Counted from the first letter of the stretch, positions 39,883-49,708 are shown. The stretch: DNA of 64,000 nt from Candidatus Planktophila sp. (GCA_038906075.1 JBCKHB010000003.1:5958-69957), one strand, 5' to 3'. The notes: generated by a model not told the origin, from the letters alone. Numbers and translations: made by a program.

Positions 39883-41253
39883 ATGGAGACCGCAATGCCA
39901 GCGCTGAGCGTTGATGCCCTTAAAGAGGGCGTTAAGAATGGCTCTATCGACACCGTAGTAGTTGCACTAACCGATATGCAGGGTCGGCTTACCGGCAAGC
40001 GAATCCATGGGCAGCATTTTGTTGATGAAGTTTTAAAACATGGTACCGAAGGTTGTAATTATTTGCTCGCTGTAGATGTTGATATGAATACTGTGCAAGG
40101 TTATGAAATGTCCTCGTGGGAACGTGGCTATAGCGATTTCGCACTTATTCCCGATTTAAATACGCTGCGATTAATTCCTTGGCAAGAGGGCGCGGCAATG
40201 GTGCTCGCTGATGTTAAGTGGCTAGATCACACCGATGTTGTTGCATCACCGCGACAAATTTTGCGAAAACAGATTGCAGCGCTAAAAGATGCTGGCATGA
40301 AAGCTATGTGCGGTACCGAACTAGAATTTGTATTATTTACTGATACATACGAGGAAGCATGGAACAAAGCATATCGCGACCTAACGCCGGCCAACCAATA
40401 CAACGTTGATTATTCCATCATGGGTGGCTCCCGCGTTGAACCACTCTTGCGCCGGATCCGTTTAGGAATGCAGGGTGCTGGGCTAATTGTTGAATCCGTT
40501 AAGGGTGAATGTAACTTTGGTCAACATGAGATTGCTTTCAAATACTCCGATGCCTTGTCTAACTGCGATAGCCATGTAATTTATAAAAATGGCGCAAAGG
40601 AAATTGCCGCTCAGGAAGGTTACGCCCTTACATTTATGGCCAAGCCAAATGAAAAAGAAGGCAACTCTTCACACATTCACTTATCATTTCGCGGTCTGGG
40701 TGATGAATTAGTTATGGTTGATGAATCCGATAAAGAACACGGAATGAGCGAATTGGGTCGCCAATTTATTGCTGGCCAACTGGCGCATATGCGCGAACTT
40801 TCCATACTCTTTGCACCAAATATCAACTCATATAAACGCTATGTGCCTGGATCATTCGCGCCAACTGCAATTCGTTGGGGACGCGATAACCGTACTTGTG
40901 CCTATCGTTTAGTTGGCCACGGACAAGGTTTGCGTTTAGAAAATCGCATTCCAGGTGGGGATGTAAATCCTTATTTGGCAGTTGCAGGAATAATCGCTGC
41001 AGGCCTTGATGGCATTAATAAGAAATTAAAGGTAGAGCCAGCGTTTACTGGAAATGCTTACGCATCCGATTCAAAGCGAGTTCCTTCTTCTATGCAAGAG
41101 GCGCTAGAGCTTTGGGAAAAGAGTTCTTGGGTAAAAGAAACTTTTGGCGCAGAAGTGCAAGCCCACTATGCAAATATGGCACGCGTTGAATTGGCCGCCT
41201 ACGGCAAAGCAGTAACTGACTGGGAGCTCTTCCGTAACTTCGAAAGGTTTTAA
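39883..41253 (+). CDS. glnA4: glutamine synthetase-like gamma-glutamyl-amine ligase (GlnA4-type)
   Basis: DMQGRL.GKR, CNYLLAVD, ELEF, GQHE, FMAK, NSYKR, DNRT, ENR.PG.D.NPY; followed by ALDH and SDR genes. Confidence 0.85.
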   Translation: METAMPALSVDALKEGVKNGSIDTVVVALTDMQGRLTGKRIHGQHFVDEVLKHGTEGCNYLLAVDVDMNTVQGYEMSSWERGYSDFALIPDLNTLRLIPWQEGAAMVLADVKWLDHTDVVASPRQILRKQIAALKDAGMKAMCGTELEFVLFTDTYEEAWNKAYRDLTPANQYNVDYSIMGGSRVEPLLRRIRLGMQGAGLIVESVKGECNFGQHEIAFKYSDALSNCDSHVIYKNGAKEIAAQEGYALTFMAKPNEKEGNSSHIHLSFRGLGDELVMVDESDKEHGMSELGRQFIAGQLAHMRELSILFAPNINSYKRYVPGSFAPTAIRWGRDNRTCAYRLVGHGQGLRLENRIPGGDVNPYLAVAGIIAAGLDGINKKLKVEPAFTGNAYASDSKRVPSSMQEALELWEKSSWVKETFGAEVQAHYANMARVELAAYGKAVTDWELFRNFERF

Positions 41254-41256
41254 GCC

Positions 41257-42615
41257 GTGTCTACCTCCTATGATGTTATTAACCCTGCCACCGAAACGTT
41301 AGTTAGAAATGTAGCTCATTTAGATTTAGCCGCAACCGATGCCGTTATTGAAAAAGCTGCAAAAGCCTTTCAAAGTTGGCGCGTGATTGCCCCAGGTGAT
41401 CGCGGAAAACTTCTGCGTAGATTTGCCGAAGTAATTGCGGAGCACAAAGAAGAACTGGCAACCCTTGAAATTACTAACTCAGGCCACACACGTGGAAATG
41501 CTTTGTGGGAAGTCGATAACGTTGTAAATACTCTCACCTATTACTCGGCAGCACCTGAGCGTTTATTCGGTAAGCAAATTCCAGTAGCGGGCGGAATTGA
41601 TATAACTTTTAAAGAACCACTCGGAGTCGTTGCTGTTATTGTGCCTTGGAATTTTCCAATGCCAATTGCTGGGTGGGGTTTTGCTCCAGCCCTTGCTGCC
41701 GGAAATACGGTTGTATTAAAACCTGCCGAATACACACCACTAACTGCAATGCGCATTGGTGAACTTGCCCTTGTGGCTGGAATTCCTGATGGTGTCTTTA
41801 ATGTTTTGCCTGGCAAGGGAAGTGTGGTCGGAAATCGTTTCGTAACGCATCCATTAGTTCGCAAGGTTGTATTTACTGGTTCAACTAGTGTTGGAAAACA
41901 AATCATGGCAGGTTGTGCCGACCAAGTTAAGCGAGTAACGCTTGAACTAGGTGGCAAAAGTGCCAACATAATCTTCGCAGATGCAGATGTTGCAAAAGCA
42001 GCAGCTGGTGCGCCGGGGGCGGTATTTGATAATGCCGGACAAGATTGTTGTGCGCGTTCACGAATCTTGGTGCAGCGTTCGGTCTTTGATGCATTTATGG
42101 AAGATTTCGAAGTAGCAGTTAAAAAATTTAGAGTCGAAGATCCATCCCTTACAACATCAGATATGGGCCCACTGATTTCAAAGAAACAATTTGATTCAGT
42201 ACAAACTTATTTAGATGAACCAATTGCATTCACGGGTTCTGCGCCAACTGGTGCTGGCTATTGGATGGCACCAACGGTTTTGATGCCTAAAAATACCGAG
42301 GCTCGTTCTTGGCGTGAAGAGGTTTTTGGTCCAGTCGTTTCAGTTCTTGCCTTTGAAACTGAAGCCGATGCAATCGAGATGGCAAATGATTCAGAATATG
42401 GCTTGTCGGGTTCGATTTGGACCCGAGATGTGGGCCGTGCAATTCGTGTTTCGCGCGCTCTTGAGAGCGGCAATCTTTCAGTAAACTCAAATTCATCAGT
42501 TCGATTTTGGACGCCTTTTGGAGGTTACAAACAATCAGGTCTTGGTCGCGAATTAGGCCCTGATGCACTTGATTCATTTACTGAGGTAAAGAACGTCTTT
42601 ATCTCCGAAGATTAG
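41257..42615 (+). CDS. aldehyde dehydrogenase (AldC-like)
   Basis: PWNFP, FTGS, LELGGKS, NAGQDCCA, EEVFGPV, PFGGYKQSG. Confidence 0.95.
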   Translation: MSTSYDVINPATETLVRNVAHLDLAATDAVIEKAAKAFQSWRVIAPGDRGKLLRRFAEVIAEHKEELATLEITNSGHTRGNALWEVDNVVNTLTYYSAAPERLFGKQIPVAGGIDITFKEPLGVVAVIVPWNFPMPIAGWGFAPALAAGNTVVLKPAEYTPLTAMRIGELALVAGIPDGVFNVLPGKGSVVGNRFVTHPLVRKVVFTGSTSVGKQIMAGCADQVKRVTLELGGKSANIIFADADVAKAAAGAPGAVFDNAGQDCCARSRILVQRSVFDAFMEDFEVAVKKFRVEDPSLTTSDMGPLISKKQFDSVQTYLDEPIAFTGSAPTGAGYWMAPTVLMPKNTEARSWREEVFGPVVSVLAFETEADAIEMANDSEYGLSGSIWTRDVGRAIRVSRALESGNLSVNSNSSVRFWTPFGGYKQSGLGRELGPDALDSFTEVKNVFISED

Positions 42616-42629
42616 AAGAGGTTAACTAC

Positions 42630-43403
42630 ATGTCAAAACGTCTTGAAGGTCGTGTCGCAGTAATTACTGGTGCAGGCAGTGGAATTGGTTATGCAACCGC
42701 GCTCCGCTTGGCAAGTGAAGGCGCGAAAATTGTCGCAATCGATACGAATCCGGCAACTGGCGAAAAGGTTGCTCAGGAAACTGGCGGTATTTTCGTCAAG
42801 GCAGATGTAACAGTTACTGCCGAAGTTGAAAATATGTACAAGGTCGCCTTCGATACTTACGGTCGTATCGATATTGCATTTAACAACGCAGGAATTTCAC
42901 CACCAGATGATGATTCAATTTTAACAACTGGTTTAGATGCTTGGGAACGTGTAAATCGTGTCAACCTAACTAGCGTCTTTCTCTGCTGCAAGTATGTAAT
43001 TCCTTACATGCAAAAGGGCGGAAAAGGTTCAATCATCAACACGGCATCATTTGTTGCAACTATGGGTGCTGCAACATCCCAGATTGCATACACCGCATCT
43101 AAAGGTGGCGTGCTTTCAATGAGTCGCGAACTTGGTGTGCAGTTTGCTCGCGAAGGCATTCGAGTAAATGCGCTCTCCCCTGGGCCAGTAAATACTCCGA
43201 TGCTGCGCGAACTCTTTGCTAAAGATAAAGAACGTGCTGCGCGTCGCCTAGTTCATATTCCGATGGGACGCTTTGCCGAAGCTAGCGAAATTGCAGCAGC
43301 AGTTGCTTTCTTGGCTAGCGATGATTCTTCTTTCATTACCGCATCAAATTTCTTAGTTGATGGTGGAATTTCTGGAGCCTACGTAACTCCTTTAGATAAT
43401 TAA
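42630..43403 (+). CDS. short-chain dehydrogenase/reductase (Rv2857c-like)
   Basis: TGAGSGIG, NNAG, YTASK motifs. Confidence 0.93.
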   Translation: MSKRLEGRVAVITGAGSGIGYATALRLASEGAKIVAIDTNPATGEKVAQETGGIFVKADVTVTAEVENMYKVAFDTYGRIDIAFNNAGISPPDDDSILTTGLDAWERVNRVNLTSVFLCCKYVIPYMQKGGKGSIINTASFVATMGAATSQIAYTASKGGVLSMSRELGVQFAREGIRVNALSPGPVNTPMLRELFAKDKERAARRLVHIPMGRFAEASEIAAAVAFLASDDSSFITASNFLVDGGISGAYVTPLDN

Positions 43404-43406
43404 ATT

Positions 43407-44135
43407 TTAAATGCGCTGAATTGGCGCGGTGGCAATGCGGTCAAGAAATTGATTGACTAAATCGTAACCGCGCTGATTTGCCTTTGGCTCTTCAAATTTA
43501 GTTTGCGCACGCAAAATTTCCACGTTTACACCCTCTGATTCAACTTCAACACAGCCACCATCCATGGCTAGCCATTGATCTAATACATTTAAATCTATTT
43601 CTGGATGAAATTGCACACCAAGGGTGCGACCAAAAGTAAATGCTTGGGACGAAAGCGGAGTTCGCGCAATTTCTTTAGCTCCTGGCGGTAATTGCCAGCG
43701 ATCCCAGTGATATTGAAACCATGGTCCGCGTGGAATTAGGGATTCGTCATCGCTTAAAATTACATACCACCCAAGTTCGGCTTTAGGGGCTCGCGCAACC
43801 GATCCGCCGAGGATGCGCGCCATTAATTGCCCGCCAAAACAAATTCCAAGTATTGGAATTCCTGCGTTGTGAACTTGGCGCAGTTGTTCTATCTCAGGGT
43901 TTAACCAATTTCCAATTCGCTCATCTTCCCAAGCCCCCCATGGCGCGCCCATCGGAACAACAGCGTCGAATTCAAGCAGATTTGGCCACTGCACTTTCAC
44001 ATTTGGGGTATTAAAATTTGCCTCGTCAACAATTTTAAAACGCGTAATTTCATAACCGCGATTCTCAAATTGTTTCCAGATTGGTCCACCTACACTGACA
44101 TGGTCGTGCTCAATGAATATAACGCGCTTGGACAT
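43407..44135 (-). CDS. type 1 glutamine amidotransferase-like protein
   Basis: GICFGGQL nucleophile elbow and QFHPE triad. Confidence 0.9.
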   Translation of the reverse strand: MSKRVIFIEHDHVSVGGPIWKQFENRGYEITRFKIVDEANFNTPNVKVQWPNLLEFDAVVPMGAPWGAWEDERIGNWLNPEIEQLRQVHNAGIPILGICFGGQLMARILGGSVARAPKAELGWYVILSDDESLIPRGPWFQYHWDRWQLPPGAKEIARTPLSSQAFTFGRTLGVQFHPEIDLNVLDQWLAMDGGCVEVESEGVNVEILRAQTKFEEPKANQRGYDLVNQFLDRIATAPIQRI

Positions 44136-44145
44136 GGGTGAAATA

Positions 44146-45114
44146 TTACTTGATTAAGCGAATTGGTTCTTGTCCGCGTGCAATTTGGCGCTCAAAGTAT
44201 TTCTCACGTTTTTCATTAAAGGTTTTGGCTTCACCATCTGCTTTTTCTAGGAATGCGCCAAGTTCATCGCGTGCGGCTTGCCCATCACCCGTGAAATCGG
44301 TGCGCTCAAAAATATTCCACGCACGCAAAACTGGAGCAATAACTTCTGCAAGGTGGGATTCAAGATCATAAATTCCAGCCAGCGCGATACCGACTGATTT
44401 TCGACCAAACCCTGGCATGCCTACCCCCGGCATTGCAAAATTAACAACGACATCACTAATAGCGCGCATTGCAGCATTTGGTTGTAGTTCAAGCGCCTTA
44501 CCTAAAAGATTGCGATAGAAAATCATGTGCAAGTTTTCATCTAATGAAACTCGCTGCAGCATATTTTCACAAATTGGGTCACTAGAAATCTTGCCGGTAT
44601 TACGATGCGAAATTCGCGTTGCTAACTCTTGGAAAGTCACATAGGAAACAGTGTGCAACATATCTTGTTCATATGGGAATTGATAACCTAAGGACATATG
44701 TGCCATTCGTAGATCTTCTAATTCTTTAGGATCTACCCCGCGGGTTGCCATTAAATAATCACGCATAACAATTGCGTGGCGGTTTTCTTCAGCAGTCCAG
44801 CGTTCTAACCAATTACCCCATGCACCATCGCGGCCCACGGCCATTGCAATTTCAGTGTGATATCCAGGTAAGTTATCTTCAGTTAAGAGATTTAAAACTA
44901 ACGAATCTTGCGCAACTGCTGTGAGATGAGAATCTTTGGCTTCCCAAGCATCGCCATTTAGCGGACCTGCAAAGTCGCGGCCCATTGACCATGGCACATA
45001 TTCATGTGGGTACCAATCCCTCTGAATTTCTAAGTGGCGATTTAGCTCCACTGCAACCACAGGTTCAAGGTCTCTAATTAATTGTGATTGAATCTCTGGG
45101 TCAATTCTTGCCAT
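44146..45114 (-). CDS. desA: acyl-ACP desaturase (DesA-like di-iron enzyme)
   Basis: LTEDNLP.YH, WTAEENRH, FQELAT...H, DENLH. Confidence 0.93.
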   Translation of the reverse strand: MARIDPEIQSQLIRDLEPVVAVELNRHLEIQRDWYPHEYVPWSMGRDFAGPLNGDAWEAKDSHLTAVAQDSLVLNLLTEDNLPGYHTEIAMAVGRDGAWGNWLERWTAEENRHAIVMRDYLMATRGVDPKELEDLRMAHMSLGYQFPYEQDMLHTVSYVTFQELATRISHRNTGKISSDPICENMLQRVSLDENLHMIFYRNLLGKALELQPNAAMRAISDVVVNFAMPGVGMPGFGRKSVGIALAGIYDLESHLAEVIAPVLRAWNIFERTDFTGDGQAARDELGAFLEKADGEAKTFNEKREKYFERQIARGQEPIRLIK

Positions 45115-45151
45115 GTTGAAACCCTACGCCACGGAGTGTGTTACTCGCTAG

Positions 45152-45835
45152 TTATGAATTATTTTTCGCTCGTAATTCTGCTTGTGTTGCGCGCCACTTG
45201 GCAATTTCGCCATGATTGCCACTTAATAAAATCTCGGGTACTGATATATCTCGCCACGATGGTGGCTTTGTAAAATTGGGATACTCGAGAAAACCTTGCG
45301 TATTATGTGATTCTTCACTCAACGAATCTGGATTTCCGATGACGCCAGAAATAAGGCGAGTAATCGCTTCAATCATAACAATGGCTGCGACTTCGCCCCC
45401 GCCGAGTACATAATCTCCAATTGAGATTTCATGGACTCGAATATTCATATTCAAATAATTTTGTCCGCAATAATGTTGGCGTACTCGATCATCGATACCT
45501 TCATAGCGACCACAAGCAAAGAGTAAATGGCTCGCTTTTGAAAAACTTTCAGCCATTTTTTGGTCAAAGCGTTTCCCGGCAGGAGTCAGAATAATTAGAT
45601 CAGTATCTTCAACCATTAAGGGATCCAATGCAAGGCCCCAAATTTCGGGCATCATCACCATGCCTGCACCACCACCATATGGAGTGTCATCAACGCTGTT
45701 GTGATTATTTGTTGCAAAAGTGCGCAGATCATGAATTACAATATCGATAATGCCTTGCTCTTGCGCCTTACCCAAAAGTGAAAGTTTAAGTGGGGCAAAG
45801 TAATCAGGGAAAATTGTTACTGCATCTATCTTCAC
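45152..45835 (-). CDS. trmD: tRNA (guanine37-N1)-methyltransferase
   Basis: DDTPYGGGAGM, CGRYEGID, SIGDYVL.GGE. Confidence 0.97.
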   Translation of the reverse strand: MKIDAVTIFPDYFAPLKLSLLGKAQEQGIIDIVIHDLRTFATNNHNSVDDTPYGGGAGMVMMPEIWGLALDPLMVEDTDLIILTPAGKRFDQKMAESFSKASHLLFACGRYEGIDDRVRQHYCGQNYLNMNIRVHEISIGDYVLGGGEVAAIVMIEAITRLISGVIGNPDSLSEESHNTQGFLEYPNFTKPPSWRDISVPEILLSGNHGEIAKWRATQAELRAKNNS

Positions 45836-46335
45836 TTTAATTCCCCTTCTATCACTGGTGGGATTACAATAATTCGTTTAGCTTTTATATCGACGCTGGG
45901 AACCAATTGATGCACAAACGGAATAAGGGACTCTCCATTTGGGCTCGTAATCGATAGTAAATCTTGGCTAGGTAGATTAATCACGTCGCTGACTACGCCA
46001 TATTTATCACCATTTTCTAAATAAGCCGTACACCCGATTAGTTGTAAAACGTGATATTCATCTTCGTTATCACTTTCTTCGTTGATATCAACTTCGGCAT
46101 AAAGCAACGTATCTTTGAGTTTTTCAATTCCATTTCTGTCAGTGATCCCAACAAAGCCCAACAATAAAATCCCGTTATGTACGCGGCCAGAGGAAATAGT
46201 TAATTTTCCATGCGCATCAGTATCCACCTGTGTGCCAATTGCAAAGCGGCGATCAGGATCAGCAGTTCGAACTTCGATTGTCGCTTCGCCCGAGATTGCG
46301 TGAGCACGACCTATTCGCCCAACGAGTAAGCGCAT
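45832..46335 (-). CDS. rimM: ribosome maturation factor RimM
   Basis: VGRIGRAH...GE, LIPFV; rpsP-khpA-rimM-trmD synteny. Confidence 0.95.
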   Translation of the reverse strand: MRLLVGRIGRAHAISGEATIEVRTADPDRRFAIGTQVDTDAHGKLTISSGRVHNGILLLGFVGITDRNGIEKLKDTLLYAEVDINEESDNEDEYHVLQLIGCTAYLENGDKYGVVSDVINLPSQDLLSITSPNGESLIPFVHQLVPSVDIKAKRIIVIPPVIEGELK

Positions 46336-46351
46336 TATGCTAACTTTTTTG

Positions 46352-46591
46352 TTAGCGAGCCTCGTCGGTCTCTATGAGATCGACGCGGATTGTACGGCCT
46401 GCTAGCGCGCTTATAACGGTGCGAAGTGCTTTAGCAGTACGGCCGTTGCGGCCGATAACTTTGCCAATATCTTCTGGATTAACACGAACTTCCAGAGTTG
46501 TACCTCGGCGGTGCGTTACTTCCTTGACTACAACATCTTGCGGGTTATCTACGATTCCCTTAACTAAATGCTCTAGCGCTTCATCCATCAT
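46352..46591 (-). CDS. khpA: KH-domain RNA-binding protein
   Basis: DIGKVIGRNGRTAKALR. Confidence 0.93.
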   Translation of the reverse strand: MMDEALEHLVKGIVDNPQDVVVKEVTHRRGTTLEVRVNPEDIGKVIGRNGRTAKALRTVISALAGRTIRVDLIETDEAR

Positions 46592-46593
46592 GG

Positions 46594-47142
46594 TTATTGC
46601 GGTGCCACTTCTTCAACCGCTGTTGCTTCCACAACTGGAGTTTCAACAACTTCTTCCACAACTGGAGTTTCAACAACTGGAGTTTCAATAACTGCTTCCA
46701 CAACTGGCGCACTCTCAACAACTTCTACCGGAGTTGATTTAGCTGCCAACTTCTCTTGTGCTTTCTTCTTAAGAGTTGTTGCGCCTTCTTTTGGTTCATC
46801 CATTGCTTGCTTAACTGCGGCTTCATAAGCAACGTGCTTACCAACGCGAGCAGGTGCAACCCTTAGTGTGCCTTCTGTTCCAGGCAGACCTTTATGTTTT
46901 TGCCAATCTCCAGTTATCTTTAGGAGCACCTCTACTGCCTCACTTGGAAGTGCACCGGTACCGAGCCAATAAAGGGCACGCTCTGAATTAATTTCAATTA
47001 ACGATGGCTCTTGCCCTGGGGCGTAGCGACCAATTTCTTCAATTGATAATCCATTACGTGCTTTACGAGAATCGGTAACAACGATGCGAAAATATGGTGT
47101 GCGAATTTTACCCATGCGCATTAAGCGAATTTTTGTAGCCAA
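46594..47142 (-). CDS. rpsP: 30S ribosomal protein S16 with acidic low-complexity C-terminal extension
   Basis: KIRLMRMGK..TPYFRIVV.DSR; TTG start with AAGGAG SD; ETPVV repeats (15-bp unit at 46631, 46658, 46673). Confidence 0.97.
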   Translation of the reverse strand: MATKIRLMRMGKIRTPYFRIVVTDSRKARNGLSIEEIGRYAPGQEPSLIEINSERALYWLGTGALPSEAVEVLLKITGDWQKHKGLPGTEGTLRVAPARVGKHVAYEAAVKQAMDEPKEGATTLKKKAQEKLAAKSTPVEVVESAPVVEAVIETPVVETPVVEEVVETPVVEATAVEEVAPQ

Positions 47143-47272
47143 GAAAGTTGTACTCCTTGAAAAGTGTGTCGTATCAGTTACTCGCAGCGGGGTGCGCGAT
47201 CAAAAGATTCGACTGTGGATTCGGATGTTGCTGGGGGTAGAGGGCCCCATCAACAGGTGTCCAATCTTGCCA
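47143..47272 (-). promoter_or_regulatory. structured 5' leader and extended -10 promoter of the rpsP operon
   Basis: TGGCAAGAT at 47272-47264; hairpin 47226-47255 with a CCCTCTA-type loop; ~115-nt leader. Confidence 0.5.
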
Positions 47273-47300
47273 TGAGCCTAGCCAGATGTGAAATCGGCTG

Positions 47301-48737
47301 CTAGCGCCCTTCTTCGGCCGCTCTCTTTGCTGGATTTCCTGACCTAGATTTCTTCTTTTGTGGCGCGCTCTTACTCGCAATCGGTGGCATAGCAGGCATA
47401 TTCATCGCCAACATCGGCGCTGGCACTGCCCCACTTCGAACTTGCTTCATCATCTTTTGTGCCGCACTAAAACGTTCGACTAATGAATTTACATCTGAGA
47501 CGCTACGCCCACTACCTTGAGCAATTCGTGCACGTCGCGAGCCGTTTAGCACCTTGGGATCTCGGCGCTCAGTTAGTGTCATTGATTGCACAATTGATTT
47601 TGTACGAATGATTTCGTGCTCATCAAAATTTTCTATCTGTTTTTTCATCGCACTGGAACCGGGAAGCATTCCAAGTAACTTACTCATAGAACCCATCTTT
47701 GACATTGCTTGTAACTGTTCTAAAAAATCTTCTAACGTGAAATCTTCGCCACTGGCAAACTTTGCTTCTAGTTTTTCCGAGGTATCGCTATCAAAAGCTT
47801 TCTTAGCCGTCTCGGCAAGGGTTGCGACATCGCCCATTCCCAAAATACGTGAAGCCATGCGATTGGGATAGAAAATATCAAAATCACTTAACTTCTCCCC
47901 CGTTGATACAAACATAATCGGACGCTTGGTCATCGATGCAATCGATAGCGCGGCGCCGCCTCGAGCATCGCCATCTAATTTGGTAAGAACTACGCCATCA
48001 AAACCAACACCATCTAAGAATGCTTGTGAAGTGCGAACCGCATCTTGTCCAATCATGGAATCTACAACAAATAGAATCTCATCAGGATTAATAGCATCGC
48101 GGATAGAGATAGCTTCTCTCATTAAATCTTCATCTACACCGAGTCGACCCGCAGTATCGACAATAACTATGTTGTATAACTTGCTCTTTGCAAACGCGAG
48201 ACCATCACTTGCAACTTGGACTGGATTGCCAACACCATTGCCCGCCTCTGGCGCAAAGACTGGAACGCCAGCGCTCTGACCAATTACCTGTAATTGCGTT
48301 ACTGCATTTGGACGCTGCAAATCAGCGGCCACTAAGAGCGGCGTATCCCCGCTTTGGGCAAAATACTTGGCAAGTTTTCCAGCAAGAGTTGTTTTACCAG
48401 CACCCTGTAGACCCGCCAACATAATTACAGTCGGTGGATTCTTTGCAAGGCGAACTCTACGAGCTTGGCCCCCAAGAATTTCGATCAAAGTCGAATTAAT
48501 AATTTCAAAAATAACTTGTGCCTGATTAGTTCCAGACTGCAAAGTCGGCAATATTGCCAGAGATTTTTCCCTTATATTTTTAACAAAATCTTCAACCACA
48601 CTAATGGCAACATCTGATTCAAGAAGTGCTTCACGAATTTGCTGACAAGTTGTCTCAATATCTGCCGTTGATATTTTTCCGCGTGAGCGCAGCGAAGAAA
48701 TGGCTGAGCCAAATCGGTTTGTTAATGACTCAAACAT
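47301..48737 (-). CDS. ffh: signal recognition particle protein
   Basis: GLQGAGKTT, DTAGR, TKLDGDARGG, M-domain. Confidence 0.98.
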   Translation of the reverse strand: MFESLTNRFGSAISSLRSRGKISTADIETTCQQIREALLESDVAISVVEDFVKNIREKSLAILPTLQSGTNQAQVIFEIINSTLIEILGGQARRVRLAKNPPTVIMLAGLQGAGKTTLAGKLAKYFAQSGDTPLLVAADLQRPNAVTQLQVIGQSAGVPVFAPEAGNGVGNPVQVASDGLAFAKSKLYNIVIVDTAGRLGVDEDLMREAISIRDAINPDEILFVVDSMIGQDAVRTSQAFLDGVGFDGVVLTKLDGDARGGAALSIASMTKRPIMFVSTGEKLSDFDIFYPNRMASRILGMGDVATLAETAKKAFDSDTSEKLEAKFASGEDFTLEDFLEQLQAMSKMGSMSKLLGMLPGSSAMKKQIENFDEHEIIRTKSIVQSMTLTERRDPKVLNGSRRARIAQGSGRSVSDVNSLVERFSAAQKMMKQVRSGAVPAPMLAMNMPAMPPIASKSAPQKKKSRSGNPAKRAAEEGR

Positions 48738-48759
48738 AAGAGGGCAAGCCTACTTCAGT

Positions 48760-48840
48760 GCTAGCGCCAAGAGATACTGGATGTCCATTGCGAATTTTTT
48801 CTACAAGAAGCCAACCAAGACCGGATAACAGAAAAGCACC
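48760..48840 (-). pseudogene. amtB: ammonium transporter (amtB) relic
   Basis: Translates GAFLLSGLGWLLVEKIRNGHPVSLGAS, matching the Amt segment LGWL.VEK.R.G..TSLGAAS; located where amtB-glnK-glnD lies in other Actinobacteria. Confidence 0.7.
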
Positions 48841-48849
48841 ATTTCTTAT

Positions 48850-48865
48850 GTTACGAAAATGTAAA
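48850..48865 (-). promoter_or_regulatory. GlnR-box-like site
   Basis: TTTAC-ATTTTC-GTAAC (AC-n9-AC spacing) just after the ftsY stop and ahead of the amtB relic. Confidence 0.45.
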
Positions 48866-48868
48866 AAG

Positions 48869-49708
48869 TTAGGCGATTAACCCTTGAATGTAACTTTGGG
48901 GGTCAAAGGGTGCGAAATCGCCCTCCGATTCTCCCGTGCCTACCCACTTTATTGGAATCTGCAATTGGTTTTCAATGGCAAGTGCTACCCCACCACGGGC
49001 GCTGCCATCTAGTTTTGTAAGAATTATTCCGCTCACAGCAACACTTTCAGTAAAGATTTTTGCTTGGGCCAGCCCATTTTGTCCAGTAGTTGCATCAATA
49101 ACCAGTAAAACCTCATCGATTAGTAAAACTTTTTCAACTACTCGTTTAATTTTCGCTAGCTCTGCCATTAGATCATTTTTATTATGAAGTCGCCCTGCCG
49201 TATCAATAATCAAAAAATCAACGTTTTTACCTTTAGCGGCCGTGACCGCATCAAATGCAACGGATGCCGGATCGGAATTATCTTTGCCGCAAATAACTTC
49301 AATGCCGATTCGCTTACCCCAAGTTTGTAATTGCTGGACTGCGCCAGCACGAAAAGTATCACCGGCGCCCAGTAAAACAGTTTTACCACTCTCTTTTAAT
49401 AGATGAGCTAATTTTGCAACCGAAGTTGTCTTGCCAGTTCCATTAACACCTACGATTAGAATTGTCGTTGTACCAGTTAATGATTTCTTCATTTTCCGAT
49501 CGGAAGTAGATAATTTGGATAATAAAATTTGCTTAAGTGCTAATTCAGCGCTCTCGCTCTTTACCTTTTTGGCTTCCTCTATTAACTCTCTTGAAAGCGA
49601 TGGGCCCAAATCAGATAAAAGAAGTTCTCTTTCAAGTTCCGCCCAGTCTGCTACCGAAAAATCATCTGTGCCTTTTATTTTTGCAATAAACTTACTAAAT
49701 AGACTCAT
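48869..49708 (-). CDS. ftsY: SRP receptor FtsY (short, NG domain only)
   Basis: GVNGTGKTT, DTFRA, DTAGR, TKLDGSARGG. Confidence 0.97.
   Translation of the reverse strand: MSLFSKFIAKIKGTDDFSVADWAELERELLLSDLGPSLSRELIEEAKKVKSESAELALKQILLSKLSTSDRKMKKSLTGTTTILIVGVNGTGKTTSVAKLAHLLKESGKTVLLGAGDTFRAGAVQQLQTWGKRIGIEVICGKDNSDPASVAFDAVTAAKGKNVDFLIIDTAGRLHNKNDLMAELAKIKRVVEKVLLIDEVLLVIDATTGQNGLAQAKIFTESVAVSGIILTKLDGSARGGVALAIENQLQIPIKWVGTGESEGDFAPFDPQSYIQGLIA

Noticed and set aside
46631-46687. 15-bp repeats in rpsP
   Set aside because: They encode the ordinary low-complexity acidic tail of actinobacterial S16.
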